DNA from: an uncultured Acidobacteriota bacterium
GTDB lineage: Bacteria; Acidobacteriota; Thermoanaerobaculia; Multivoradales; UBA5704
Assembly (NCBI GenBank): GCA_963700145.1
Contig: OY969474.1
Coordinates: forward strand, 2,336,001-2,400,000
Direction of reading: 5' to 3'
Length of the DNA stretch: 64,000 bases
A program made the translations under genes and the position numbers. Under the pieces are notes generated by a model. The model did no database searches. It was given only the letters and a program-made list of their open reading frames with translations, and was not told the DNA's origin. Of the stretch, positions 31,761-45,694 are shown one piece after another; the stretch's first letter is position 1, and each line of letters starts with the position of its first letter.

Positions 31761-31807
31761 CGGGCGGATATCCTATCCATCACATAGCACCATTCACGAG
31801 GTGACGC

Positions 31808-33380
<1,573 letters not shown>

Positions 33381-33391
<11 letters not shown>

Positions 33392-34697
33392 CTGGAGTTC
33401 CGCACCCCTGGAAGAGTTGGTGGAGGATATCCTGGATCGTCGGGGGGTGACGCCTCTCAAACTCGGCTCCGACTTCGTGTCCACGGGCTACCGGGTGATT
33501 TCGGCGAAACTCATTAAGGATGGTCGGATCGATCTTTCCGCGGATGATCCCCGGTTCGTCGACAGATCGACCTACGAAAAATGGATGCGCACCTCTCTTC
33601 TCACTGACGATGTAATTCTCACATCTGAAGCCCCTCTCGGTGAATTAGCCTATATAGCAGAACCGGTCCAGTGGTGTCTGGGCCAGCGCTTGTTTTGCAT
33701 CAGGACGAAGAAGTCTCGGCTCCACGGTCGCTTCCTCTACTACGCACTCCAATCAGAGGATGTGCGCCGCGACCTTCTCTCGCGGGCGACGGGTACGACG
33801 GCCCAAGGTATCCGGCAAACGGAACTTCGGCGTGTCCTGATCCCGTTACCCCACCCTGACGAGCAACGCGCCATTGCTCACATTCTCGGCACGTTGGACG
33901 ACAAGATCGAGCTGAACCATCGGACAAACGAGACGCTAGAGGCGATGGCGCGGGCGATCTTTCGGTCGTGGTTTGTCGACTTCGACCCAGTCCGCGCCAA
34001 GGCTGAAGGCCGCGACCCTGGCCTGCCCAAGCCTATCGCTGACTTGTTCCCTAATCGCTTAGAAGACTCCGAGGTGGGCGAGATTCCGGCGGGGTGGCAG
34101 GCAGGCTCGCTTGCCGACTTCGTGGTCTTGAACCCCGAGAGTTGGTCAACGAAGACTCGGCCGGCCGTTATTGAGTATATCGATCTATCGAACACAAAGT
34201 GGGGCAGGATTGAGGCAGTAATTCCCTACTCCCAGCTCGACGCGCCAAGCCGTGCCCAGCGGGTGCTCAAAGCTGGGGATACGATCGTCGGTACCGTGCG
34301 TCCCGGGAACGGCTCATACGCTTATGTCACTGATGATGGACTCACGGGAAGCAGCGCGTTCGCGGTCCTGAGACCGCGGGCCTCCCAGTACCGCGAGTTC
34401 GTGTATCTCGCGGCGACTGCTGCGGAGAACATCGCCGCCCTCTCTCATTTAGCTGACGGTGGCGCCTACCCTGCTGTTAGTCCCGAGGTCGTCATATCAA
34501 CACGGGTTGCAAGCCCCTCGCATGATGTAGTCCGTCACTTTGCTACAGCAGCTGGCCCTCTGCTCGCCAAGATAGCGCAGAATGAACGTGACTCCCGCAC
34601 TTTGGTAGGCCTACGCAACGAGCTTCTGCCCAAACTCATCTCGGGCGAGCTGCGGGTGAAAGACGCCAAGCGATTCATCGGAGCAACGGTGCAATGA
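33381..34697 (+). CDS. hsdS: Type I R-M specificity subunit
   Basis: Two lower-GC TRDs separated by [19 protein letters not shown]...GEIPAGW; [10 protein letters not shown] end. Confidence 0.93.
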
Positions 34698-35351
34698 CCT
34701 CTCTCCCGCCGTGGGCCAATGGACCCTTTGAACTGCTTCTGCATGCGGAGGGCCACCTGCGAGAAGGTGGGGACTTCGACCGCCGCATCGCGCTCATCAG
34801 TTTCGATAATGCGATCGAGGTGGCGATCGCTACCTACCTCACGCTGAACCCGATTCAACGGGGAGGACGGCACTATTCGAAATCCGATGTGGACAAGTGG
34901 CTCAACAACTACCATGCCAGACTTGAGTTTCTCGAAGCCGAGCTCGTCCGACGCGGCGTCGCTTGGTCTATTGATAGGAGCCACATCGTCTGGGCCCATG
35001 ACCACCGCAACGAGCAATATCACGGTGGACACAAGGGACCCCTGAAAGAGTTGTGCTTCAGATTGTGCGCGATGCTGCGTTCTGGATTTTCTCAATGCTG
35101 TTCGATGTGACCGATCTTGAGGCGATCCTGGAGAAGGCGATCCTGGATAACGCACGACCAGCGGGGCCCGTTCGTGAGAAGCGACTCGATGTGGCAATCG
35201 ACGGCAGGTACGGCATAATCGAAGTCGGCGAACAGAGGTACTATACGAGCGAGTTGCTGTTTGCCGCCGATTACGCTGCCTACCGCGATCTCGGCGATCG
35301 ACTCTGCACCTCCGGCGCTGACTCGAACATCAGCCAGGATGGCAGACTGCC

Positions 35352-35355
<4 letters not shown>
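34694..35355 (+). CDS. Putative HEPN-domain protein embedded in the R-M operon; apparent 1-nt frameshift near 35040
   Basis: ISFDNAIE and RNEQYH (Rx4H) motifs; ATGA overlaps with both hsdS and hsdR when the two ORFs are joined. Confidence 0.6.
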
Positions 35356-38492
<3,137 letters not shown>

Positions 38493-38642
38493 ACTGGCAC
38501 GACACGCTTGTCCACGTGCAGCGCCGGCCACCTTGGCGCCGATGTCGCTGGTGTTGATCCGCACGGTGCTGCGAAAAACTGTACTTCGGGAAGCAGGCGG
38601 GAATCGACTTGCCGGCAGCACGTGTTGCGCGGGTAAGGCTCC

Positions 38643-40436
38643 TTACGGAGAGGCGAGTTTTCGGATGGCCTTCGCGGCAAGCAGGAGCGAAGAGACTGCC
38701 ACCGTATCAACGGCCAGCAGCAGGATCGCGAAGTAGAGCACGGTCGCCCAGCCACTCTTCCGGTCGAAAAGGAACTTGCTGTCTTTCAGGTGCGGGTCGG
38801 CCAAGAGGCGCTTGATTTCCTCGGGCAGCAAGACATCCTTGAACGACTGAATGTACTCGTCGTGCTGAGCCATGCGCAGCCGATAGGATCGCCGCACGGT
38901 CGGCAGGTGGTAAAGCAGTACTAGGAGCATGTAGGAGGCGGTCACCATGGCGGCGCCGAGGACGGCCCAGAGGGTGAGGTCGGGCTTGAGGATCGCTCCC
39001 ACCAGGCCGGCGGCCACCACCCCGGCGATCTTGTAGAGGTCCGAGCTGACATCACGAGTGAGGGAGATTACGGCGCTGGCGGTTTCGGCCACCGCCTGCC
39101 GGATGCGGTCCTGCACCTTCTCGCGGGCGTCAAAGTAGGTCTTGACATCCGCTCTGAGGTCGCGGTCGTAGGTCTTCTTGGTGGCGTCGCGGATCTCCGG
39201 AGCTCGCTGGCACAGAGAGTCGAGGTCCTGGGCCATGAGGGATAGAAACTGCTGGGCGATCTCGAGCTTGTCCGCCTTGAAGCGCTCAGAGGCGTCGGCC
39301 CAGAGGGCGAAGATTCCATCCGCACAGGGCATCCGCGCCAAGAAGTCGCTCCGGCTCACGGTGCAACGTGACTGCCCGAGGCCTCGGTACTCGACGACGT
39401 ACCTGTCCTTCGCTCCGACCTCGACAGCGGAGACGTCTTTCCTCTCGGGCTCGAGCTTCTCGACGACGTCCGCCAGGAAGAGAATGGAAAGGAGGCCCTT
39501 GAGGCCTCCCCACTGGCGCCGGACGGGGTCGGCACCCGGCCCAGCATCGTCCACCGCGAAGACGAAAACGTCAGGCGTCAGCCAACGGGTCGGGGACGAC
39601 CAGAAACCCTGAAACTTGCGGAACTCCAGCGTCTGCCGCGCCTTTCCCGCCGCCTCCGCCCCTCTCGCCACCTCCACGGGAGACGGTGAGAGGGCAGCGA
39701 CCGTCGCCTCGGCTCCGCAGACCGTCAGGCGGTCGCCCTTCATCGCTCCTACCAGACCGAACACCGGGATCACCGTCCGCGTGCCGAAGGGAAAGAAATC
39801 CTCCTCCAACTGAGAGATAGACCTGGCCTCCAGCGCGTCGGCGAGGGCCTCCACGAAGAGGAAGCTCACGACGTGCAGGGCGGGCTCGCCGCCGTCCACC
39901 TGCTCCAGCTCGGCGTTGATTGGACTTTTGTTGAAGTAGATCTCGACCCTGAGCTCGAGGATCGCACCGGCCGTCTCCAGCGTACCCAGCTCGCGAAGGA
40001 CATCCTCCGCCGGCAGTCCTTCTTCTTGAGCCTCTGCCCATTCCCACAAGGGCGAGAAGGTCGCTTCCGCCGGCGGTTCACCGTCGTCCTCGCTGATAGG
40101 CCATTCCGCGGGCTGGGCGGCGAGCACTGGATCGCCGTCACTCGCTGACAGACTGAACAAGGCGGCCCGGCCGTGGGCGCCCACCTCCAGGCGCACCTCG
40201 AATCCCGCTGCGAGCAGCGGCGGAGCGATCTCCGCCAAGCAGCGTCGTAGCCAGTCCACGCGCTCCTTGGATGTTTCACCGTCGGTCCCCACGACCTTGG
40301 CGGTTAGGTGGTAATCGGTCGGGGCCTCGCGGGCATAGAGGGTCCCCTCCAGCCGCACCGCGGGATCGTCAGCGAGCTTCTGGAGGGTGGCCACCGCCGC
40401 CGCCAGCCGCGCGACGGCGTCGGGGGGGTCAGGCAT
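38643..40436 (-). CDS. Hypothetical protein with a C-terminal coiled coil and about 3 TM helices (putative effector)
   Basis: 597-aa ORF; hydrophobic segments only in the last ~140 aa; overlaps the upstream gene by 8 nt. Confidence 0.75.
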   Translation of the reverse strand: MPDPPDAVARLAAAVATLQKLADDPAVRLEGTLYAREAPTDYHLTAKVVGTDGETSKERVDWLRRCLAEIAPPLLAAGFEVRLEVGAHGRAALFSLSASDGDPVLAAQPAEWPISEDDGEPPAEATFSPLWEWAEAQEEGLPAEDVLRELGTLETAGAILELRVEIYFNKSPINAELEQVDGGEPALHVVSFLFVEALADALEARSISQLEEDFFPFGTRTVIPVFGLVGAMKGDRLTVCGAEATVAALSPSPVEVARGAEAAGKARQTLEFRKFQGFWSSPTRWLTPDVFVFAVDDAGPGADPVRRQWGGLKGLLSILFLADVVEKLEPERKDVSAVEVGAKDRYVVEYRGLGQSRCTVSRSDFLARMPCADGIFALWADASERFKADKLEIAQQFLSLMAQDLDSLCQRAPEIRDATKKTYDRDLRADVKTYFDAREKVQDRIRQAVAETASAVISLTRDVSSDLYKIAGVVAAGLVGAILKPDLTLWAVLGAAMVTASYMLLVLLYHLPTVRRSYRLRMAQHDEYIQSFKDVLLPEEIKRLLADPHLKDSKFLFDRKSGWATVLYFAILLLAVDTVAVSSLLLAAKAIRKLASP

Positions 40437-41499
40437 GGTAGGTCTCGTCGCACTGCTGACTGCGGATCGTCAGCTCCCACTCGTTGCCCACTTTCTTCTT
40501 GTTCACTCGGCGCTTCATCGCCTCCCACGGCCCCTCGATGTGGATGCCCTCGGACAGTTGGTACCGGAGCTTCGAGCGGCGCAACACCTGCCCGGGGAGG
40601 CGGACCTGATCGAGCCCACGCGCATGCATTGCGTCCTGCAGCTCCTTCCCAGCCTTTACTTCCGCTAGACCGGCGAGCCCCTTACGCCTTTTCGCCGCTT
40701 TCCCGAGGGTCTCTTCGATCGCTTGGGAAGTCACCTGGTCCAGTTCCTTAAGCATCCCGAACACCAGGGGAGCCGCCGAGCGCGCCGTCCTCTCGTCGAG
40801 CTGCCGCGTGAGCGTCTCCTCGACGGCCCCGATCGTGTCGCCCAAGTCCTCCGTCACCGTGCGGCTCAACCGGCAGCCCAGAAAGTCCACGAAGTACTGC
40901 GCCGGATCCGGCGTGCCCTCCTGGTCGCGGATCTTGAGGCCCGTGCGACGGCCAGGATGAGGGATCACCGCCCACTTGAGAACCCGGTCGCTGACCTCTG
41001 GCAGAGCCCTCTCGATCTGCTCGACGGCGAGGCCGAGCAGAACCCTATTCGCCTGGTCCGCGCGGTAGACGATCCTTTCCGCTTTCTCCGGGTCCAGCTT
41101 GATCAATACCAGGAACTGTTCGTCGGGTGTTTGACTCTCTGTGACCCAAAGAGCCAAAAGGAGACCCGGAGAGGTGCTCTTCTTCTGGGAGACCCGGTGG
41201 AGCTCCCGGGCCATGTCCTTCGACCGCGCGAAGAATTCGCCGGGGACTCTGCGGAGGCCCTGGTAGATCTGGGCGAGGGTGGAGTTTTTCTCGAAAGTCG
41301 CGAAGCGGGTGCGCGGCGAATCAGGGGCCTTCCAGATCGCGCCGAGATGATCGAAGAAGAACTCCTCGACCGTTTTCTTCTCGTCATCCGAGAAGGCAGG
41401 CGGCTGGAGCGAGATCTCGCCTTGCGAGAACTGCGGGCCCTCGGGCCGCTTCCGGTCGACGAGATGAACGGCGACGTGGTTCAGGGTGAATTGGGCCAT
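40429..41499 (-). CDS. Nucleoid-associated protein NdpA/YejK (NA37)-like
   Basis: LNHVAVHLV N-terminus, FFARSKDMARELH, PGLLL, FLVLIKLD, AQYFVDFLGC motifs recalled for NA37 proteins; GGAGG RBS before ATG 41499. Confidence 0.7.
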   Translation of the reverse strand: MAQFTLNHVAVHLVDRKRPEGPQFSQGEISLQPPAFSDDEKKTVEEFFFDHLGAIWKAPDSPRTRFATFEKNSTLAQIYQGLRRVPGEFFARSKDMARELHRVSQKKSTSPGLLLALWVTESQTPDEQFLVLIKLDPEKAERIVYRADQANRVLLGLAVEQIERALPEVSDRVLKWAVIPHPGRRTGLKIRDQEGTPDPAQYFVDFLGCRLSRTVTEDLGDTIGAVEETLTRQLDERTARSAAPLVFGMLKELDQVTSQAIEETLGKAAKRRKGLAGLAEVKAGKELQDAMHARGLDQVRLPGQVLRRSKLRYQLSEGIHIEGPWEAMKRRVNKKKVGNEWELTIRSQQCDETYHA

Positions 41500-41586
41500 T
41501 CGGTGCCTCCCTTCTGGCCAATCGAGATTTGTCGGCTCAAAGCAAACGCACATTCTACTCCTCCGTCTCGTATTACACTCACGAGC

Positions 41587-41774
41587 ATGGGCGAAGCTGC
41601 AGACAGGTTCTCGAAACCCTGGAGCGGCTCCCGGCGGCGGAGCGCGAAGAGGTCGTGGGGGCAATCCTGCGCCGCGCCGCCCTGTTGGAGCAGGCGCTGC
41701 CCGAGGAACAGGAACTTGTTGACGCAGCCGATCGCCTCTTTCTCGAGTTCGATCGCCGCGAACAACTCGAATGA
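41587..41774 (+). CDS. Putative antitoxin; apparent 1-nt frameshift near 41601
   Basis: MGEAA/RQVLETLERLPAAEREEVVGAILRR...AADRLFLEFDRRE; stop overlaps the start of a MazF-like remnant. Confidence 0.55.
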
Positions 41775-41941
41775 GGTCTCCGCAACACGGAGAGGTCCGG
41801 CTCGTCGACCCAGGTCACGATCCCGCTTGCGAAGCTGGTGCGGAACTCGGCAGGCTGACTCCCGCTCAGTTGGGTCTCGTCGAGTCCACCGCTGCAGGAT
41901 GGCTCGGGCTTCCTTCGCGCTTCGAACAATCGGGGGCCTAG
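41771..41941 (+). pseudogene. Internally deleted PemK/MazF-family toxin
   Basis: N-terminus MRSPQHGEVRLVD, then VTIPLAKLVR (other frame) and LGRLTPAQLGLVE...WLGL; central part missing. Confidence 0.65.
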
Positions 41942-41955
41942 CGTTGGAGACACTA

Positions 41956-42168
41956 GTGGGAAGACGGCACCGGAAGCTCGTTCATGAGGGTGACTACGCG
42001 GCTCAGGTCGAGGTCGAGCTGATCGAGACGGATGGGGGATGGTCCCCCTACTTGTCGCTCGAGGACGCTGAGAAGCTCGACGCGGTTCGCGAGGCGCTCC
42101 GGCGCGGCGAGGTCGGCGAGGCGAGCAAGCTCGCCCGTGTCTACCGCCTCACGCCTGTCTCGGCCTGA
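41956..42168 (+). CDS. Small hypothetical protein, putative orphan antitoxin
   Basis: KLVHEGDYAAQVEVELIETDGGWSPYLSLEDAEKLDAVREALRRG, recalled as a conserved TA-associated family. Confidence 0.65.
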   Translation: MGRRHRKLVHEGDYAAQVEVELIETDGGWSPYLSLEDAEKLDAVREALRRGEVGEASKLARVYRLTPVSA

Positions 42169-42180
42169 TGCCCCGAGCCC

Positions 42181-42273
42181 ATGCACACCGTCGAAGAGAT
42201 CGAGCGTGCCGTCGCCGAGCTGTCGCGGGCGGACCTCAGCGCCTTCCGCGAGGGCCGCACGCGCCGGCTTTGA
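42181..42273 (+). pseudogene. Internally deleted small antitoxin-like gene
   Basis: 30-aa MHTVEEIERAVAELSRADLSAFR-EGRTRRL keeps the N- and C-termini of a recalled longer family. Confidence 0.5.
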
Positions 42274-42312
42274 GGGACCGTCCCGCAAGCACCCGCGGGC
42301 GGAGGGCTCGAC

Positions 42313-42399
42313 GCCGTTTTCATCTGGCCGACCACTAACCTTTCAATCGGCCGGTAGCTAACCTTGCGATTGGCCGAGCCGTAAGGTTACGATCGGCCG
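42313..42399 (+). repeat. Four degenerate direct repeats with a 23-bp period
   Basis: Units end in GGCCG at 42330, 42353, 42376 and 42399; TAACCTTTCAATCGGCCG, TAACCTTGCGATTGGCCG, TAAGGTTACGATCGGCCG. Confidence 0.75.
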
Positions 42400-42402
42400 A
42401 CC

Positions 42403-43653
42403 GTGGCCGCCGCGACCTTCTACTCCCGTTTCGTCGAGCCGCGCCTTGCCGAGGCGCTGGCCGATTCCCCCGTGGTGCTGATCCACGGCCCGCGGCAGTG
42501 CGGCAAGACGACGCTGGCGCGCCGCATGGGCGAGCGCGCCGGCTACGCGTACTTCAACTTTGACGACCCCGTGGCGCTGGCGGCCGCCGCCGAAGATCCC
42601 GTGGGCTTCGTGGCGGACCTGCCGGAGCGCACGATCCTGGACGAAGTGCAGCATGCCCCGGCGCTCTTCACGGCGCTCAAGTCGGCCGTGGACCGCCGCC
42701 GCACGCCCGGCCGCTTTCTGCTCACCGGCTCCGCGAACGTGCTGCTGCTGCCCCGGCTGGCGGACTCACTGGCCGGGCGGATGGAGATCCTGCGGCTGCA
42801 TCCGCTGGCGCAGGCGGAACTGGCGGGAAAGCCTCCGGACTTCCTCGATGCCCTCTTCCGCAGTGCATTCAAGACCCGAACGCGGCCGCGCCTCGCGCAG
42901 GACCTCGCCGCGCGGATTATCGCCGGCGGTTACCCGGCAGCGCTGGCGCGCTCTTCGCCACAGCGCCGAGCGGCCTGGTACCGCGACTACATCGAGACCC
43001 TCGTGCAGCGCGACGTGCGCGATCTGGCGCGCATCAACGCGCTCGACGCCCTGCCGCGCCTGCTCGCCTTGGCCGCCGGACAGACGTCGCGACTGCTCAA
43101 CATCACCGACCTCGCCGCGCCGTTTCAGCTCAGCCGGCCGACGATCCGCGATTACGTCACGCTGCTGGAGCGTGTGTTCCTGCTCGAGACGCTGCCGCCG
43201 TGGCACAGCAACCGGTTGAGCCGCCTGATCAAGACCGCCAAGCTCCATCTGGGCGACACGGGGCTCGCCTGCGCCCTGCTCGGGCTGGACCCGGCGAGCC
43301 TCGCGGCGGACCGCAGCCTGCTCGGACAGTTGCTCGAGACCTTCGTCTTCCAGGAGCTGCGGCGACAGGCGAGTTGGCGCGACGAGCCCATCCGGTTCTT
43401 CCACTTCCGGGACAAGGACGGGGCGGAAGCGGACATCGTGCTCGAGCGAGGCGCCCGCGAGGTGGCCGGCATCGAGGTCAAAGCCGGCGCCACTGTCACC
43501 CCGGCAGACTTCCGGGGCCTGCGCAAGCTGCGCGAGGCGGCCGGGGCGCGGTTTCTGGGAGGTGTCGTGCTCTACGACGGTGAGACGAGCGCCTCTTTCG
43601 GCGACGGCCTCTTCGCAGTGCCGCTCCGCTGTCTGTGGGAAGCCTCATCGTGA
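42403..43653 (+). CDS. AAA+ ATPase (AAA_14) with DUF4143 and a C-terminal PD-(D/E)XK-like motif
   Basis: GPRQCGKTT, ILDEVQ, LTGSA, GGYP, KLHLGDTGL, EADIVLE...IEVK. Confidence 0.9.
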   Translation: MAAATFYSRFVEPRLAEALADSPVVLIHGPRQCGKTTLARRMGERAGYAYFNFDDPVALAAAAEDPVGFVADLPERTILDEVQHAPALFTALKSAVDRRRTPGRFLLTGSANVLLLPRLADSLAGRMEILRLHPLAQAELAGKPPDFLDALFRSAFKTRTRPRLAQDLAARIIAGGYPAALARSSPQRRAAWYRDYIETLVQRDVRDLARINALDALPRLLALAAGQTSRLLNITDLAAPFQLSRPTIRDYVTLLERVFLLETLPPWHSNRLSRLIKTAKLHLGDTGLACALLGLDPASLAADRSLLGQLLETFVFQELRRQASWRDEPIRFFHFRDKDGAEADIVLERGAREVAGIEVKAGATVTPADFRGLRKLREAAGARFLGGVVLYDGETSASFGDGLFAVPLRCLWEASS

Positions 43654-43738
43654 GTGCGTTCAGCGAATCCTGGCCGGCTCGCCGGGGGGGGCCGCGGCCC
43701 CACAGTTTGATGGGTGCCGAGCACAGGTAAAGCTTAGA

Positions 43739-43990
43739 GGGAAAGAGTTTGGGGGCGCCGGGCTAGTTTTTCGGGGCGCTGGAGATTCATTTCGAGGTGC
43801 TCGGGATAGATCTCGGACCGCTGGAGATAGATCTCCAGGCATCGGAGATTCATTTCCGGGCCCTGGAGATAGATCTCCATGCATAGGAGTCTTATCTCCG
43901 GGCACCCAAGATAGATCTCCGTCTATGGAAGATCTATCTCGAGGCCCCGGAGATGAATCTCGGGGACCGCAAGATGTCCCGGCGGAGGCG
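43739..43990. repeat. Degenerate 21-bp tandem array with palindromic core GGAGAT-NN-ATCTCC and a 32-bp inverted repeat
   Basis: Nine clear units starting at 43781, 43802, 43823, 43844, 43865, 43886, 43907, 43928 and 43949, plus decayed flanking units. Confidence 0.85.
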
Positions 43991-44204
43991 CACAATCCTC
44001 CGCCGCCGGCGCGGATCGGCCCGCCGGGGCTCGAGATCCCGCCGCGAGACCTGGCGGCGTTAGCTGCGGGCCTTCCGGGCTTAGCTGCAGGGCCGGCGGC
44101 GATGACTGGAGCGTTCCGGCGAACGTCTGCAGGGGGCGGTGACGATTACCCCGAGTCCCAAGGCCTGATCCGGGGCCGCCGGACATTCCTGCTGGAGGCT
44201 TGGT

Positions 44205-44483
44205 ATGGGTATCACGGCGACGCGAGCTGACGAACGGGTCCGCGACCTGTCCTTCTCGGAGGACTCCTTCACCGTCGAGCTGATGGACGGCCGCGCGATC
44301 ACCACGCCTCTCGCCTGGTTCCCTCGGCTCCTGCATGCGACTCCGGAGCAAAGGATGAACTGGAAGGTGAGCGGCGGGGGCTACGGCATCCACTGGCCCG
44401 ACGTCGACGAGGACATCTCCACGGAAGGCCTCCTGCGAGGCGCCCCTGCGCCACGGGGAACGGTCGTGGCGCAGGGCCGCTGA
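44205..44483 (+). CDS. DUF2442 family protein (antitoxin-like)
   Basis: VELMDGRAITTPLAWFPRLLHATPEQR...GIHWPDVDEDISTEGLL. Confidence 0.9.
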   Translation: MGITATRADERVRDLSFSEDSFTVELMDGRAITTPLAWFPRLLHATPEQRMNWKVSGGGYGIHWPDVDEDISTEGLLRGAPAPRGTVVAQGR

Positions 44484-44490
44484 GCTCGCC

Positions 44491-45558
44491 TTAAGGCACC
44501 GGCGCCCCCTTGTCGTCGACGAAGACGTCGAAGACGCAGAAAAGGCTCGGGTCCGGGGGGACGACCAGGCTGGCGTGGTTGGTCACCAGCAGGGCGCCGT
44601 TGTGGTCGTCGAAGGCGATGTTGGCGGGGTTGGCCCAGGGCATCGGGTCGGGCGAACCGCCGGGGTTGGCGGCGGGGCCGGAGTAGCGGGCCGCCTCGCT
44701 GCCGTCGGGGGCGAGGACGGAGATCTGGCTCGTGCCGGCGAGGGCGACGTAGAGCTTGCCCGACTTGCCGAAGGCGATGCCGTCGGGGCCGGGGAGGAAG
44801 CCGGGGGCCGGGTCGGGGAAGGGGTAGCGGTGGAACTCCTCGAGATCGCCCGCCGTGGGGCTCTCGACCAGGGGCAGCCGGTAGACGACGCCGTCGAGGG
44901 TGCCGTTCTCGGCGGTCACCGTGACATAGATCTTCATGTCGTTCCGGTCGATGCGGATGCCGTTGGCGCCGAAGGGCACGGCGGGGTCGCCGGCCAGGCG
45001 CGGGTCGGTGAACCACACGGACGGCGCGCCGCCGCCGGGCGGGACGCGGAAGATCGTGGCCTGGAACGAGTCGGTGACGTAGAGGTTGCCGGCGTCGTCG
45101 AAGACCAGCTCGTTGAGCAGCGAGGTGCCCGGGCCGCCGGGCGCCGGGAACGGCCCGGCGTAGACCGCCTGCGTGTTGGCCGGGTCGAGGTCGAAGGCGA
45201 TGACGACGCCCATGAAGGGCTCGGGCGCGTAGAGCCGGCCGTCGGGCCCGAAGTTGCCAGGCGAGAGCGCCTTCATCACCGACGGGCTCGGGTCCTGGAG
45301 GGTGACCGGGAAGGTGTCCACCAGGGCGCCGGTCTTGCGGTCGTAGGCCCAGATGGCGGACGGGGTGAAGATCCCGAAGTTGGCCGGGCCGGTGACGTAG
45401 ACGCGGTTGCCCTTGGTGGCGATGCCCTCGGGGAAGCCGGGCGTGGCCGGCACCGGGGCGAAGACGACGGAGTCGCCGAGCGGACGCTGGGCGAGAGCCG
45501 GGGTGGCGGCGAGCGCCGCCAGCCCGCCGACGATGGCGAGACACAGCTTGCTTTGCAT
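44491..45558 (-). CDS. Secreted SMP-30/gluconolactonase-like beta-propeller protein
   Basis: Signal peptide; FPEGIA, NELVFDDAGNLYVTDS, GANGI, PDGIAFG, PANIAF blades. Confidence 0.85.
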   Translation of the reverse strand: MQSKLCLAIVGGLAALAATPALAQRPLGDSVVFAPVPATPGFPEGIATKGNRVYVTGPANFGIFTPSAIWAYDRKTGALVDTFPVTLQDPSPSVMKALSPGNFGPDGRLYAPEPFMGVVIAFDLDPANTQAVYAGPFPAPGGPGTSLLNELVFDDAGNLYVTDSFQATIFRVPPGGGAPSVWFTDPRLAGDPAVPFGANGIRIDRNDMKIYVTVTAENGTLDGVVYRLPLVESPTAGDLEEFHRYPFPDPAPGFLPGPDGIAFGKSGKLYVALAGTSQISVLAPDGSEAARYSGPAANPGGSPDPMPWANPANIAFDDHNGALLVTNHASLVVPPDPSLFCVFDVFVDDKGAPVP

Positions 45559-45666
45559 GGGAATCCTCCCTGGTAGCTGAAGGTGCGGCGACCGCCCCCC
45601 GGCGGGACGGTTGCTGGCGCCGGCTCGCGACCTCTTGCGGCCCGCCCCGGTGGGGAGTATCCTTCG

Positions 45667-45681
45667 CCTAAGAACCTTAGG
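45667..45681. promoter_or_regulatory. Putative PadR operator
   Basis: Inverted repeat CCTAAG-AAC-CTTAGG 13 nt upstream of the padR ATG. Confidence 0.65.
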
Positions 45682-45694
45682 GAACGGAGCGCAG

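Noticed and set aside
41918-41950. Integron attC site (GAAC...GTTGGAG) between TA remnants
   Set aside because: Too short, no L boxes, no second copy and no integron integrase; cannot be supported
43781-43969. CRISPR array
   Set aside because: 21-nt period with 7-nt linkers and degenerate repeats is far below CRISPR dimensions; no cas genes in the window
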